NCBI GenBank assembly: GCA_964016885.1
Contig: OZ024755.1
Coordinates: forward strand, 11,904,001 to 11,968,000
Reading direction: 5' to 3'
Length of the DNA: 64,000 bases
DNA from: Eledone cirrhosa
Taxonomy: Eukaryota
The position numbers and the translations under genes are program-made. The notes below the pieces were generated by a model. That model was not told the origin of the DNA. It ran no database searches and saw only the letters and a program-made list of their open reading frames with translations. Of this stretch, positions 29,861 to 43,534 are shown piece by piece; within the stretch, counting starts at the first letter, position 1, and the number at the start of each line of letters is the position of its first letter.

Positions 29861-32800
29861 ATAGTTTGGTGGTTTAAATTTTTAATTATTTCAACTATTT
29901 GCTACAAAGATTTCATTTATACGCAAAAAAGATTGTCTGCAAGTTTTGAATTTTAAATAAGTTTAAAATAAAGAAAATACGCTACGTTCTTTTTATTCAT
30001 AGATTGAATTATGATAGGAACTAGATAGAATACTGGGAATTGTCATTTTCTTCTCAATCTTTACATTAATATTTTCAGACTTTGTGGAATTGTTTATAAT
30101 CATATATATAGCAATGAAGTGACTGAGTCGTTGAAGTGTCAGATTAAATGTGTTGGTATTTGACCTGGTTCTGGGCATTTTCTTTGCTTTACAGTTTTCT
30201 AGGTCGATAAATAAAGTGGAAGTCCATGGGCAGTGGATTGATGAAATTGACAAAGAATCAGATAAGGTGATTTGCGCTATCTATTCTGGCTCTGGGCGTT
30301 TCGAGTTCAAATCTCACATTTTGTCACCAGAAAATTGGTGACGCTTCTGACAGGAGTTGTGACTTGTAAATGGTATCACCAATGGAAAGACCATTGTCGG
30401 CTCCTTCCCTTGCTTTTCAAACACAAGTTGAAAGTCTGCACCAACCGACAGCACTGCCTGCCTTCATTAGCTCCCAGTGTTATATCTCAGCGCATCATTA
30501 CTTACACCTTCCAAGAATCCTGTATAGATTGTAAAAGTTGACATTCCATCGACTGCACTGACCATAGCTAACCACTTTAAACGGCAAGATCAATTTAACT
30601 TTACTGGGTTTTGTGTATGCTTCTAATGAGACTCTGTTCAATTCTTTGAATGAGAGTGGAATGAATCTCTGTCAGTTATGACGTTGAGTGTTCAAAGGTT
30701 TGGTCAACGAAACAGCCTTCTACGAAATTAAAGTGCACATGACGGAGCTTTCCGTAGGCACGTGCATCTTTAATGTAATTCTCGGTGAGATTCAGCGTGA
30801 TACAACATGACCTTCTGCATTACAAGTGTACCAGATTTCATTGTAGTGTAAGTGCCTGAGCATTCACTAAACACGTGTAACCTTAACGTAACTACTATCG
30901 TATGACAAAGATAGTCTTTTGAATTACAGATAAAATCTCTCCGACTCGTTACCAAACAATTTCCCTCGAAATGTTTTAGTCGACGCGAGATTCTGGTAAA
31001 CAGACATGGATCGTGATGCCGAAATTAATTCATTCTTTTTATTAACGATTTAAAACAGATTTAGTGTTTCAAAGATGATTTTCCCCGATACGATTGGGAG
31101 AACTAATTTATCCAAAATAGACTACCTAAAGAAGTAACCCAGTATCCAGAATTGTAATCAAATGTTGATTGTTGGTTGTAAAATATTTCAAATCCGCATT
31201 AACGTTGGTGTAATCATTGAAATTCTTAAGATAAATCCACAATTTTGTCTATATCTCTAATTGTAGACACTAAAGTAATTAGTTTTACTCACGCTATATT
31301 TCCTAGTGATTAAAATTAATTGTTCTCATCATAGCATATCATGTTGGTATCTCTTTTCACCGTGTCACGTAAAGTGGAATTCGTGAGTGATATGCCCTTC
31401 CTAAGGGAATAGACATGTATCTCGGAAGGCACATTGCTTAGTGTTTAAGATGTTTGGCTCACGATTGTAAGGCCGTGAGTTCGGTTCCCGGTAGTGCATT
31501 GTGTCTTACATATAGACACATACACACGTGTGCGTATATATGTATGTATCCCATGAATCCAGGCGGAGTCGTAAGGGTGTCGTAGTGGCACGTTTACGAC
31601 ATACGACGTAATAAGACCTCTATAAACGACATACGACGTTTATAGAGGTCTTATTTATTAGACAAGATATTAATTTTTCATAATCAAGTTTGAGTCGAGA
31701 CAAAAGCTAACGTGTTTTTATGGCAACTGAAGCAATAACTGTAGCAGTCTATCTACAGTAGTAGGCAGTGAGAAATGCTAAAAATAGCTCTCTCTCTCTC
31801 TTAAGCCGAACCGATATAGTGAAAAATCGGGAGTAGAAATATACAAATAAATGTATATATTCACGTATGCCTGTTTGTGTGTTTATGTGTGTGTGTACCT
31901 GCTTATGCCCCATAGCAAATGGGTTTAATAAAGCGAAATCGGTAAAAAATGTACCAGGCTTGAACAATAATAAGTAATTAGATCGATATGATTGACTAAA
32001 TAACTGAAAAGAGACAGTGCTCCAGTATGGCCACGATCTAATGACTGAAACCAGTAAAAGAATACAACAAAAAGGATATGTACAAATAACATATATAAAC
32101 CAAAACATAATATTATAATGTTAGACATTTCAAAGTTTTCTGATGTTTGTAAACTGTCTTGTGTTAGGTAAAACGGAAAGATATATGATGACAAAACTGT
32201 TAAAACGAAAATAAAAACACCTTAGTTGCCAGTTGTAGAAAGAAAGAAAAGCGTTCCTCTTAGTTTCTAGATTTTGTATTATGTCCTCTATTTTGTGTTT
32301 TGTGTCTGTGTGGTGTGTTAGTCTGTATGGGTATGTGCCTGGGTATCTGCTTATGCCATTACGTGTAGTCTTAGTCTGTATACGTTTGTGTGAGTCTACG
32401 TGATTGTGCGTGCATGTGTGTGTGTATCTGTGTATATCCGTATGAATGTGGTCGTGTGATTCTGTGTCTGTGAGCTTACGTGAGATTTGTGAGAATGTGT
32501 GTATGAATCTATGTTTGTGTGTCTCTGTGAGTTTGTGTGTCTGAGTATATGTATCAGTGAGTTTGCATCCGTCAGTGTGTGTCTGTTGGTGCCTGTATGT
32601 GTGTGTGAGTCTGTATGAGTATTCGTGTCTGTCTGCGCGCGCGTGTGTCCGTGTCTGAACGCGGGTGTGTGTGTATGTGTGTGAGTATATATGTGAATGG
32701 CCGTGTGTGTCGATATATATGTGTGAAGTGTATTACATATTTGTTACGATTAGTAATATTATAAAGAGTATTATTTTTTCACTCTCTAACCACCACCATA

Positions 32801-33584
32801 ACAAAATCAACAACAAGAAGAAAACAAAGCAAAACAAAAATAAATACCATAATACTGTCTTAAATAATTGATGATAGAGTGGCTTGAGTGTTTTTTAAAA
32901 CAACACGAAATATATCATAACAATACTTGTAACAATTTTATAACTGGAAAAGATTGTAATACCTTATGGTCACAGACACATCTCAATTGAATGGTTTAAC
33001 ATCTCTTAGATGGTTTGACTAAAATATAACCAAATATTATTTCTGTATCTGGTGAATGAGTTGGGGTTTTCCTAGGTGCAGGCATGGCTGTGCGTTTAAG
33101 GAACCCTTCGTCACATTGGAACAAAGAAATCTATGTTGCCAAAAATGCACTTACTATTTTTTTTTCTTTTGCAATTATTTTATTGGTTTCAGTCATTAGA
33201 TTGCTACCATATTGGGGCACCGCCTTAAACCGATTTAGTCGATCATATCGACCTTAATATTTAATTTACAGTCTTGTATTTATTTTCAAATGACAAATTA
33301 TGGATCATAAGCACAGGTACTGACACAAGTGAGGACAAAATACCCAGATATACACGACCAGCTGTCCAAGGTGGTCCACTCGAGGATATAGTAGGCGACA
33401 CTTATGTACGTTTCCACGTAATAGAGTTGAAACTGAAATAACGCATTTAAGAAGCAAACTTCTTAACCACACAGACATGCCAGCGGCTATATTATTATCA
33501 TTATTATTATTATAAAATAAAGTACCAGTAATGCACTGGGTAATTGCTGGCCTTGTGCCAAAAGTAGAAACAACTATTATTATT

Positions 33585-34075
33585 CTTCTGCACGCACTTT
33601 TCCAATGTCCGTGTATTACTGACTTGTGGAGTTGTATCGAACAGCTGCTGTCGTGTGTAGAACGGATCCGGCTATCGGCCGAGTCCATGGTGAAGATCGA
33701 CCCGCCGCTTTCCTTTGAACAAGAAGAGCAGGCAATTTTGCTCTGTCTGGTGGCAGTTGCGAAAAGACTGAAGACAGACACTTTTCTCTTCGGCCAATCC
33801 CTCATCAACTTCTTCAAGTTTCACCTGGAAAGGAAGACGAGGGTGGAGAGAGAAGTGCAAGGGTACCTGAGTCACCCCTGGGTCGCCCACCTCCGGTAGG
33901 GGAATATATTTATTTTGTTATATTTATACATAGTTTATTTTATATTTGTATATCTTCATTGTTAAATTAGTCTTGCCATTGTGCACTTTTACTCGACCTT
34001 ATTGTAAACCCCCACTGTCCCTGTCTTTGTATTGTCCCCTACATGTCGGCCCTTCTGGCCAATAAAGAAACCATT
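33585..34075 (+). mobile_element. L1/Tx1-clade LINE 3' fragment
   Basis: LHALFQCPCITDLW (H-x-x-x-x-CP zinc-knuckle remnant). The 3' UTR ends gccaataaagaaa plus (ATT)n. Confidence 0.65.
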
Positions 34076-35112
34076 ATTATTATTATTATTATTATTATTA
34101 CCTTTCATCCTTAGTGTCGATAAAATAAAGCACCAGTAACGCGCTGTGATGGGAAACTTGTTCACAAGGCTAAATCCATATTGTAACTTGTACTCATTTT
34201 CAACTGCTCAAGGACACGACGCATCATCCGATCAGAGGAATTGAACTCACGACCTTATGATCAGGGGAGAGGGAGCATCACTCTAACCACTAGGACACAC
34301 ACAATGGGAAAGACGTGTTATAGTGTGAGAATTATGATATGTGATGACTAAAGCCACCTGTGTTGAATGTATTGTGAAAATCTAATACTTTTGAATGAAT
34401 ATGACATTCTTTGATAAATGTGATATCCTGATATTATGTAATATATACGACATCTTTTTTAATGAATATCATATATGATATTATGAATATTACATACTGT
34501 AATACGTAGGATGTTCTACGAATAATAAGGTGTCATTTCATGAACAGGATATTAACTTATAAATATATATTCTGTAATGTATATGGCATTTCCTTGATGA
34601 AATATAATATTTAGATGTAAATGTGATAATCTGTACAGAATATGTTATAGTGTAGGCTATAAGTGATGACTTCGTTATTTTGTAATAGATGTGATATTTC
34701 AAGATAAATATAAGACTTTCTTATGAATATGATAATATGTGACATTTTGAATTAATTTAATAATTTTTTAATAGATATCATATGATGTAATTAATATTTT
34801 AGGGTCTAATAGATAATGTATAGTGTATCATTTTAAAACTGCAGGGACTATATAAGGTTTCTAGTGATTACATTCATTTTTATGTAGTAGTTTGTTTTTT
34901 TATCTCCCCACCCCCCTCTCTCTCTCTCACACACTCTCCCTTTGGATCCCGAAATATAAGGTTGCATATACATATTAAGTGTATAACATTTAATATAAAC
35001 TATATATATATATATATATATATAGGAAAAAATTGAACGGGAACAAAACAGAGAGGCAGTACGAACAAAGGTTTATTAGTTTCACGCTCTTGAGAGTGGG
35101 GTGGTCGTGGGG

Positions 35113-35146
35113 AACGACGTTTCGGGCATAAGCCCTTCTTCAGATT
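35113..35146 (-). ncRNA. Minimal hammerhead ribozyme
   Basis: Minus strand reads aat-CTGAAGA-a-GGGC ttat GCCC-GAAACGTC^gtt. Followed by about 90 nt of tail ending in (TA)n near 35025. Confidence 0.7.
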
Positions 35147-35327
35147 ATCACATTTACATCTAAATATTATATTTCATCAAGGAAATATATATATATATAT
35201 ATATATTAAAATAACAGATTAAAGTTTAAGCAAAGAATCGTTGCTTTCACCCTTAACGGGATCTTCTTAACTAGCCCTCTTTGGAATTTAGTCTTCGCAT
35301 TTATTATTATTACTATATATGTATATA

Positions 35328-35780
35328 TATTGTTATAACTGGGGAGGGTGATATTGTTGTTATAATATTGCCAGAAATAATAACAGAACATATTCACTGT
35401 TTGGTTGGTTTTCGCTTCTGTATCTTTTATATCTTTTATAATTAATTCATTTGGTCCTCATTTTGGCGTAGACATACAATACAATACGAGGAACATAATA
35501 GTACCACTTATGATGTTGCAGATGTGCAACGAAAGAACTTTGTTAGACTATATATATATATTTATATCTGTATTTTTGACCGTTGGTCAGTCACTGATAA
35601 ACATTGAGGACCAAATGAATTAACTGTGGAGATATAAAAGATACAAAAGCGAAAACCAACCAAACAGTGAGGGTGTTCTGTTATTATTTCTGGCAATATT
35701 ATTACAACAATATGACCCTCCCCAAGTATAACAATATTTGTTTCGATAACGATTTCATATCAAACACCTCGCAAAACAAA
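35328..35780. repeat. Fold-back element with ~130-bp inverted arms and one-sided tail
   Basis: 35330-35460 is the reverse complement of about 35605-35735. The arm end is similar to 9415-9450 and 38885-38915. Confidence 0.7.
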
Positions 35781-35795
35781 TATATATATATATGT

Positions 35796-35847
<52 letters not shown>

Positions 35848-35849
35848 AG

Positions 35850-36270
35850 TAATAATAATAAATTTGAAGACTAAAATCCAAAGAGGGCTCGATAAGGATA
35901 AATATAAATCAAATATATAAGAACCCCAGAGCAAATATTTATTAAAATAACAGACTAAAGTTTAAGCAAAGAATCGTTGCTTTCACCCTTAACGGGATCT
36001 TCTGAAACTAAAAAAATCAATCTGTGAACGCAGAAGTAAATATTTCGAAAAACGTTACAACCGAAGGAAGACAGGAAGACGATACTTTGGTTCGAGACGT
36101 TCCCTGCAATGAACGGGAAAAAACGAATATAATACGTCATTATTTGGAGCGGTGAGAACAATTACACGCCAAGACAAAACCACGTTCATTTATTTAGTTT
36201 CAGAAGATCCCGTTAAGGTTGAATGCAGCGATTCTTTGATTAAACTTTAATCTGTTATTTTAATAAATAT
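35850..36270. mobile_element. Family B fold-back HHR element (arm-body-arm plus one-sided tail)
   Basis: Inverted arms at about 35943-36012 and 36193-36262, tail at 35850-35940. Related pieces at about 16748, 18152, 18745-18876, 20735-20900, 35205-35315, 41203-41540, 55465-55578 and 57435-57490. Confidence 0.75.
35959..36009 (-). ncRNA. Hammerhead-like fold with variant core CAGAAGA (family B)
   Basis: Minus strand reads AGTTT-CAGAAGA-tCCC gttaa GGGt-GAA-AGCA acgattctt TGCT-T^AAACT. A more decayed inverted copy lies at 36196-36246. Confidence 0.6.
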
Positions 36271-36280
36271 ATAGATATAC

Positions 36281-36363
<83 letters not shown>

Positions 36364-36371
36364 TATATAAT

Positions 36372-36780
36372 AGTCTCTCAATGACATGCCGCAGAGTGAA
36401 TATTTGGTGGGATTTACAACGTCCAGGAGGAAAACCAAACTGTTCATTAGCTAGCTTGGATTCTACAAAAGACCTTATTAAATTTCTGATGTAGTATTGG
36501 GCTCTGTAATATGAACACCCGTCTCTAGTACAAAGTATCCACGGCATGAAGGAAATTAGGATCAGGGACTAGTAATCCATGTTTCTTTTTTGTTGTCAAT
36601 CCTGGAAGTTCGTGTTAAATGACCACCTGATCAGTCAACTGATCGCCATCTAGTTATCTGCAGCCTGAGACTACTTAAAGTTTAAAAAGTAAAAAAATAA
36701 AAAATACAAAACTGGCATATTCAGCTTGACCTACAGGACAATATGGGAAGAGCTGGCTGGTAAGATCTGGACCAGCTATG
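36372..36780. pseudogene. RTE-like LINE fragments
   Basis: Minus strand EQFGFPPGRCKSHQIFTLRHVIE resembles the RT motif EQxGFRxGRSxxDQIFTLR. An adjacent + piece, STDRHLVIC, resembles the end of an AP endonuclease. Confidence 0.6.
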
Positions 36781-36849
36781 CATCCAAATATATATATATA
36801 TATATATTAATATCGGTAAGGTTTTTTTTATATCGATATTTGTCGGGCA

Positions 36850-36971
36850 TCCACTGATGATTTATAAGTGCCCACCTACATATATTCCTACGGACTATGT
36901 ATCGGCTTCTACATAACCTGAACATTATTTTCCCAATTTGTAGAAAATCTATAATGAAACGATCGTTTGGA
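36850..36971 (+). ncRNA. Type I hammerhead ribozyme with ~95-nt stem II domain
   Basis: TCCA-CTGATGA-tTTATA...TATAAt-GAAAC GATC GTT^TGGA. Perfect stem I, palindromic stem III (ACGATCGT). Tail runs to (TA)n at about 37157. Confidence 0.65.
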
Positions 36972-37152
36972 AAGAGAGATGTATTTTAATTATGTCTCAT
37001 ATAAAATAATACAACTGGCCATCGGCAAAATACGTATAGTTAGCACCCCAAACGTATAATTGGGATTATACTAACTAAGGTATATCCTAATGTTTGTTGA
37101 GTGAGACGGAAGCTGGTCGGAGTATTGCTTAGAGCTTTCTCTGTTAATGTAT

Positions 37153-37223
<71 letters not shown>

Positions 37224-37511
37224 ATACAGACATACAGACATTCACGTACACTCACACACAGGTGTATGGATACAAATGAAAGTAAAGAGCAACCAACACT
37301 TGATATGAAAGGTGATTGTATTTATGTTAACTGTGTAACTTATTTCAGCATTATCCAATGTAAATGTTGGCACGTCTTGGACGCGTTGAAAGATTTAGAT
37401 GTCTCTATGAAACGTCTGGTGAAGTAAGTCAAACTCTTAACATATATGTATTTATACTGATATAATTTTATGATATACTTCATACTCTCTCTCTCTCTCA
37501 TATATATATAT

Positions 37512-37727
37512 AACGAAGGAATTGTTGTAAGGAACCAGATTGACCATAACGCACCAGAGTACTCAATACTTAGGGTAGTAGAGTGGGTAATAGGAATAAG
37601 TATGACTCCGACGGCAGAGCTCAAGCCGTTTCGACGGCTATTTCTGGACTAAATTACAATTTTAATTTAGTCCAGAAATAGCAGTCGAAACAGCTTGAGT
37701 TCTGCCGTCGGGGTCAAACTTTTTTCT

Positions 37728-37730
<3 letters not shown>
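37512..37730 (-). mobile_element. Family A fold-back element
   Basis: Homologous to 17418-17605, reversed, with a longer hairpin centre. Confidence 0.8.
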
Positions 37731-37765
<35 letters not shown>

Positions 37766-38827
37766 TGCTCGTATATATTTTGAAGTATCACCTTTTTATT
37801 CGTTTTATTATTTTACACTTATTTTCCCAGGCGGAAATTAGAATTGCTGATTTTATTATTTTATTGTTGTATATTATGTACAATATAGTGTACCTAATTG
37901 ATGTATATGTATAGGCAATTGATGTGAAGAAATTTGTATATATATTGGTTATATTTTTCTTTTTTTTTCCCATTATTTAAGGGTAGAAAGGGGTTTTAAC
38001 TGAGTTAGATGACGGAAGATGATTCTCATTCTCAAAATATATGTAACCAGTTTCCTTCTTTGGAGGAGAAGAAAACCAAGAAAAATTCCAACTATTTCAG
38101 TATTGCAAAGGTTTTCCAAAAGCTCATGAATACTTTCTGCTACAATAATGCTAACATGAATAATGTCAAAATAATATGTAAAAATATAAACATTAACGCA
38201 GGCACAAGTAAAAATGTGTGTAACAACAGCATCGATATTGACAGAGACAGCAATAAGAGTATCGATAAATACTGAGATAATATCTAAAGTAAAGAAAGCA
38301 ATGACATGACGTGTGGGCAACACAATTCTGTACGAGCTGTAGTTTCACATAAATTTGAACCTGAACGTAATGGCCGAAATAATAGAAGACATGCGGTTCG
38401 TTATATGTCCACGTGAGCAAAGAAAAAAGGGGAATATAGCTACCATTGAAATAATATAATGGTATTAACAAAAGAACTGTAACATTATATTTATAATCCA
38501 CAAGACAGCAACTTGAAAAACCACCCGGAAAAGGCTTTATAAACATGATTAATGCCATCAGACCACACATAAATCAACAGGCAAAAAGTTTGTCATTATG
38601 TTACCTGTACCAAGGAACTTCACCTTAGTATTTAAGTATATGCTCTGTTATTCTTTTATTCTTTCATTGGTTTCAATCATAAGAATACGGTCATGCTGGG
38701 ACACAAACTTAAAGTTATTTAGTAAAGCCTGCTGCTCATTTTATCGACCTGATTTTGTCAAACGACTACGTTACGGAACATAAAAAGTACACGTTGAAAC
38801 AGAATCATATATATATATATATATATA

Positions 38828-39517
38828 TTTCGTTTCTGAATTTGTTTAGCAAGATTCTTTATCTGAAAACGTGTGTTGAAACCGATATTGTTATACTTTG
38901 GGAGAATCATGTTGCCAATAAGAAACACACGCACCAGTAGCTTTCACTTCAATTTATTATAATAAATTTATGAATTTAGGAATTTATAAATTTCCGATTG
39001 GTTGGTTGGGTCCACAACCAGATGATTGTTCATATATTGTCAAAGTTCTTTCGTCACACATTCTGTGACCTCTTCAGTGACTGGGGATTCTTTTCTTTGT
39101 TTTTGTGCCTCTCCTTTGTTCTGTCCTACGCCATCTTGTTTTTGTGTGTGTTGTGTGCTTAGTTTGCGCATGTGTTACATCCGGGTGTCTGTGTGTGTTT
39201 ATATTTGTTTATTTATTTGTTTATTTACATGTTACTGGTTGGTTGTTTGTTCTATGTGTGTGTGTTTTCATTTTGTCCTTAATTGTAAGTTGTGATGTTG
39301 CTGTTCTATTCATGTTTTCTATTTAATTTTTGTTGGAGTTCATTTATGTTTATTGCTTCTGTGATTTGTCTAAATATTGCGTCTTTTCTGTGTGTCGATT
39401 CTATTTTTATTTCTATGTTCTCTAATTTACCCTTAATTAGTGCTTCTAATCTAATGAGTGCTTCTAATCTATTGTGAAACTTTATTCATTGATTTATTCA
39501 TTGAACCTTGTTTAACA

Positions 39518-39520
<3 letters not shown>
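38828..39520 (-). mobile_element. Penelope-like element 3' remnant: GIY-YIG-like C-terminus, UTR, HHR, tail
   Basis: Minus strand about 39440-39310 translates IKGKLENIEIKIESTHRKDAIFRQITEAININELQQKLNRKHE*, resembling the R-x-I-x-E-A-x-x-I...LN end of PLE endonucleases. HHR at 39039-39081. The tail is shared with 9415-9500. Confidence 0.6.
39039..39081 (-). ncRNA. Minimal hammerhead ribozyme downstream of PLE ORF remnant
   Basis: Minus strand reads GTCA-CTGAAGA-g-GTCAC agaatgt GTGAC-GAAAGAACTT^TGAC. Perfect stems I and II, CUU site. Confidence 0.75.
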
Positions 39521-39594
<74 letters not shown>

Positions 39595-39779
39595 GGAAAA
39601 TTGAAACGATATTTCATTTCCCACTCTTAGTACGGCTGTTACTTAAATATAAGTATGTACACGTACATACATATATGTATACCGACGTACAGTAGTATGT
39701 ATATATATATATACATACATGCACACATATATATATGCACGTATGGATTCACGTATGCATATGTCCCTATATATATATA

Positions 39780-40104
<325 letters not shown>

Positions 40105-41145
40105 GTGACGAAACATAAGTCAATTGCATGAACTCATAATCCTTTATTTACTGCTATATATATTTCGATAATCCTGTCAAGGTTAACTTTACCTTTCATC
40201 CTTACGGCGTCGATAAAATAAAGTACCAGTAATCTACTGGGTAATTGCCGGCCTTGTGCCAAAAGTAGAAACAATTATTTTTACCTGAAATAGTATAGAA
40301 CATTTCTAATTTTCAACTTCTTCATTAATTAGAAATAATGATACTCTTGTGTTGGTCAGTGAAAAGACCAATGTTAGAATATGTGGAAGATGAGTCGACA
40401 TACAACTTGCTTTATGTTAACGCCACATTCTTCCCCAGATTTGAAGCCATTTTTAGAAAAGTTGAAAAATATTTCGAACATATTAGATTACATCAGTGTA
40501 TGATTAGATTTAATTTTAAATGTATGTATTTGTGGAAATCTGATTAATTTTCAAAATAAGAAAATTCAGATAAAAATACTTTACTGTATTTATTGCTTGT
40601 TGTTATGCTTATTGTTCAAATTTCTCCGAGGCCGACTTTACATTTCATCCTTTCGAGGTCGATAAATGAAATACATGTCTGGATGGGATAGATGCAATTG
40701 TTAAAGTGCCGGACGAGGAGTCTTACTGTATCTCTTTCACTGCTTTAAGTTTTGAGTTCGCCTGTGTCAAGACGTGTGTGAGGCTGTATAGGCCATTTCT
40801 TTTCCTTGGGAGAACATTAGTGACGTGTAGAAGATTATATGAAAGCATATACTATATCTTTATGTATAATAAACATACAAATACACCTACATATATATAC
40901 ATGAAAACTAAAAAGAAAAACATATACGAACACAATACAGTACAATGACGATTTGCTTAACTCTTGATATATTAGGAAATGTATCTGTTTAAGGCGTTAT
41001 CCTTCATCAGAAAATAGAAAGATAGAATCAGAGATAGGTGAAGCGGATATTTCACAAGAGCAAAACACGTGTGCATTTAGACAGCAATTGACATGCATTA
41101 TAAATATATCTATGTGTTTATGTACGTACCCCCACTCTCTCTCAT

Positions 41146-41209
<64 letters not shown>

Positions 41210-41220
41210 TAACAGATTAA

Positions 41221-41271
41221 AGTTTAAGAAAAGAATCGCTGCTTTCACCCTTAACGGGATCTTCTGAAATT
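41221..41271 (-). ncRNA. Family B hammerhead-like fold (CAGAAGA core)
   Basis: Homologous to 35959-36009, within element 41203-41540. Confidence 0.55.
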
Positions 41272-41540
41272 AACAAAGTCAATCTGTAAACGCAGAAGTG
41301 GATATTTCAAAAAACGTTGCAACCGGAGGAAGACAGGAAGACGATACTTTGGTTCGTGGAAACGTTCGCTGGCAAAGAACGGGAAAAAACGAATATAATA
41401 CGTCATTAATAGGAGCGGTGAAAAACAATTACACGCAAAGACAGAACCACGTTTATGCTCTACGGTTCTTATGTATTTGATATATATTTATCCTTATCGA
41501 GCCCTCTTTGGATTTTAGTCTTCAAATTTATTATTATTAC

Positions 41541-41598
<58 letters not shown>

Positions 41599-41599
<1 letters not shown>

Positions 41600-41917
41600 C
41601 TTGAATCTCAGTCATTGATGTTAGTTAACTGGAAAGTCCGTTGGAATGAATATCAAGCCACTACCTGCAGCCTCAGATATTCAGGACGTATCTGAGGGTT
41701 CTTGCTGTTCCCAGCAAGCATGCCTTTTGAAGCGTTCCAAAAAGCGTGAAGGGGCCGATTTTCTTTAACCATCCCTGGAAACTTTTGGAGATAGTCCCCA
41801 GTGCGCCTATGACAATCGGGATCACTTTGACTTCATGGCAGTTCCAAATCCTTTTTACCTCCCACTTTAAGTCCTGGCATCGGTTAATTTTCTCCCTCTC
41901 CTTCTCTTGCACTCTCG
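41599..41917 (-). mobile_element. Second Dong/R4 3' fragment, nearly identical
   Basis: ORF 41673-41912 matches the first copy; (ATT)n on both sides. Confidence 0.9.
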
Positions 41918-41922
41918 TTATT

Positions 41923-41979
<57 letters not shown>

Positions 41980-41997
41980 AGAGAGAGTGGGGGTACT

Positions 41998-42116
<119 letters not shown>

Positions 42117-42346
42117 GTATTTCCGAAGGAAAGGTAAAGGAAAAGAGAGTGCTCTATGTAGGCTACAGACCTTTTTAGTTATGTAATAAACAACATAAGA
42201 TAATTATTTCATTTACCAGTGGTTTCTTGAAGACAGATATTTATGTCTGTCTTCATTCACCAGAAAGAATAATATTATTACATAACTATATATATTCATA
42301 TAATATAAATGTGTGTGTATTTGTATATATATATATATACACAAAT

Positions 42347-42383
<37 letters not shown>

Positions 42384-42478
42384 CTCCAGTTGCATTTTCG
42401 ATGTCATCTCTTTTTCTTTATACTTTCACTCGTGTAGGACACATCGATTATTTTTCATTTTGTAAAAAAAAACCTCAC

Positions 42479-42538
<60 letters not shown>

Positions 42539-42724
42539 ATGATCTTTGCTTTTCCATTAATATCCACGTGATATCTAATGTTTTGCAACATGAAACTGTA
42601 CAGTTAGGGCCATTTGAATAGGTAAATATTTATATTATAATTTTTAATGTTGATTAATTTTGATTGTATATTAACTTTGATTTATTTTGAAAAATTGGTT
42701 GAATTTTACTTGTTCTGCTTATCT

Positions 42725-42777
<53 letters not shown>

Positions 42778-43449
42778 CACACAGACACACCCATACATAT
42801 TATTCTGCTGTTTTTATTGGGCGGTCTATGTATTTTCATGTTACATTTGTTGTGGTGGTATGATTGTTCTTTTTGTTGATTTTTTTTTTCTTTACTCTTT
42901 GATGTGGTTATTTTGGTCTTCACGGGGTTTTCCTTTCTTGCTTGTTTGTAGTTGTTTTACTATTTGTTGTATTGGTTTACAGGTTCATGGGTTATTTTAT
43001 GCCTTGTCACACCTCTGGCCTTTCACATTGGCGCGGCTGTCAACTTTTATCCACTCCCTTGAACGTGTCTTTGGCGGCGAATTAATAGAATCTTTACGGC
43101 GTCCGATTAAATGCCGTGGTGTTTGTTCCACCTCCTTTAACTCTGAGTTCAATTCCCGCCGAGGTTAACTTTGCATTTTATCCTTTCAGTGTCGATAAAA
43201 AGCACCTGTCCAGGCGTAATGGTGTTGGCGGGCTTGATAAAGAGTACATGATTCGGCTCGGATTTCAAATCACGTTTCATTTTGCCAGCAGTTGCTAAGG
43301 ATAGAATAAAACCAATGGAAACATAGCTCCCTTGGGTCGAACTGATGACTCCTTTCATTTCCTTTTGTCGTTTGACACAGATGATGGTAAGAAATAATAA
43401 AGGATGGAGAAAACTGCAGATATGTGGTTGCGCATGGATTTGTTATTCA

Positions 43450-43534
<85 letters not shown>

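Noticed and set aside
40985-41015. Minus-strand CTGATGA-agg..cct hammerhead-like start
   Set aside because: GAAA is absent (TAAAC) and stems I and III cannot be formed.
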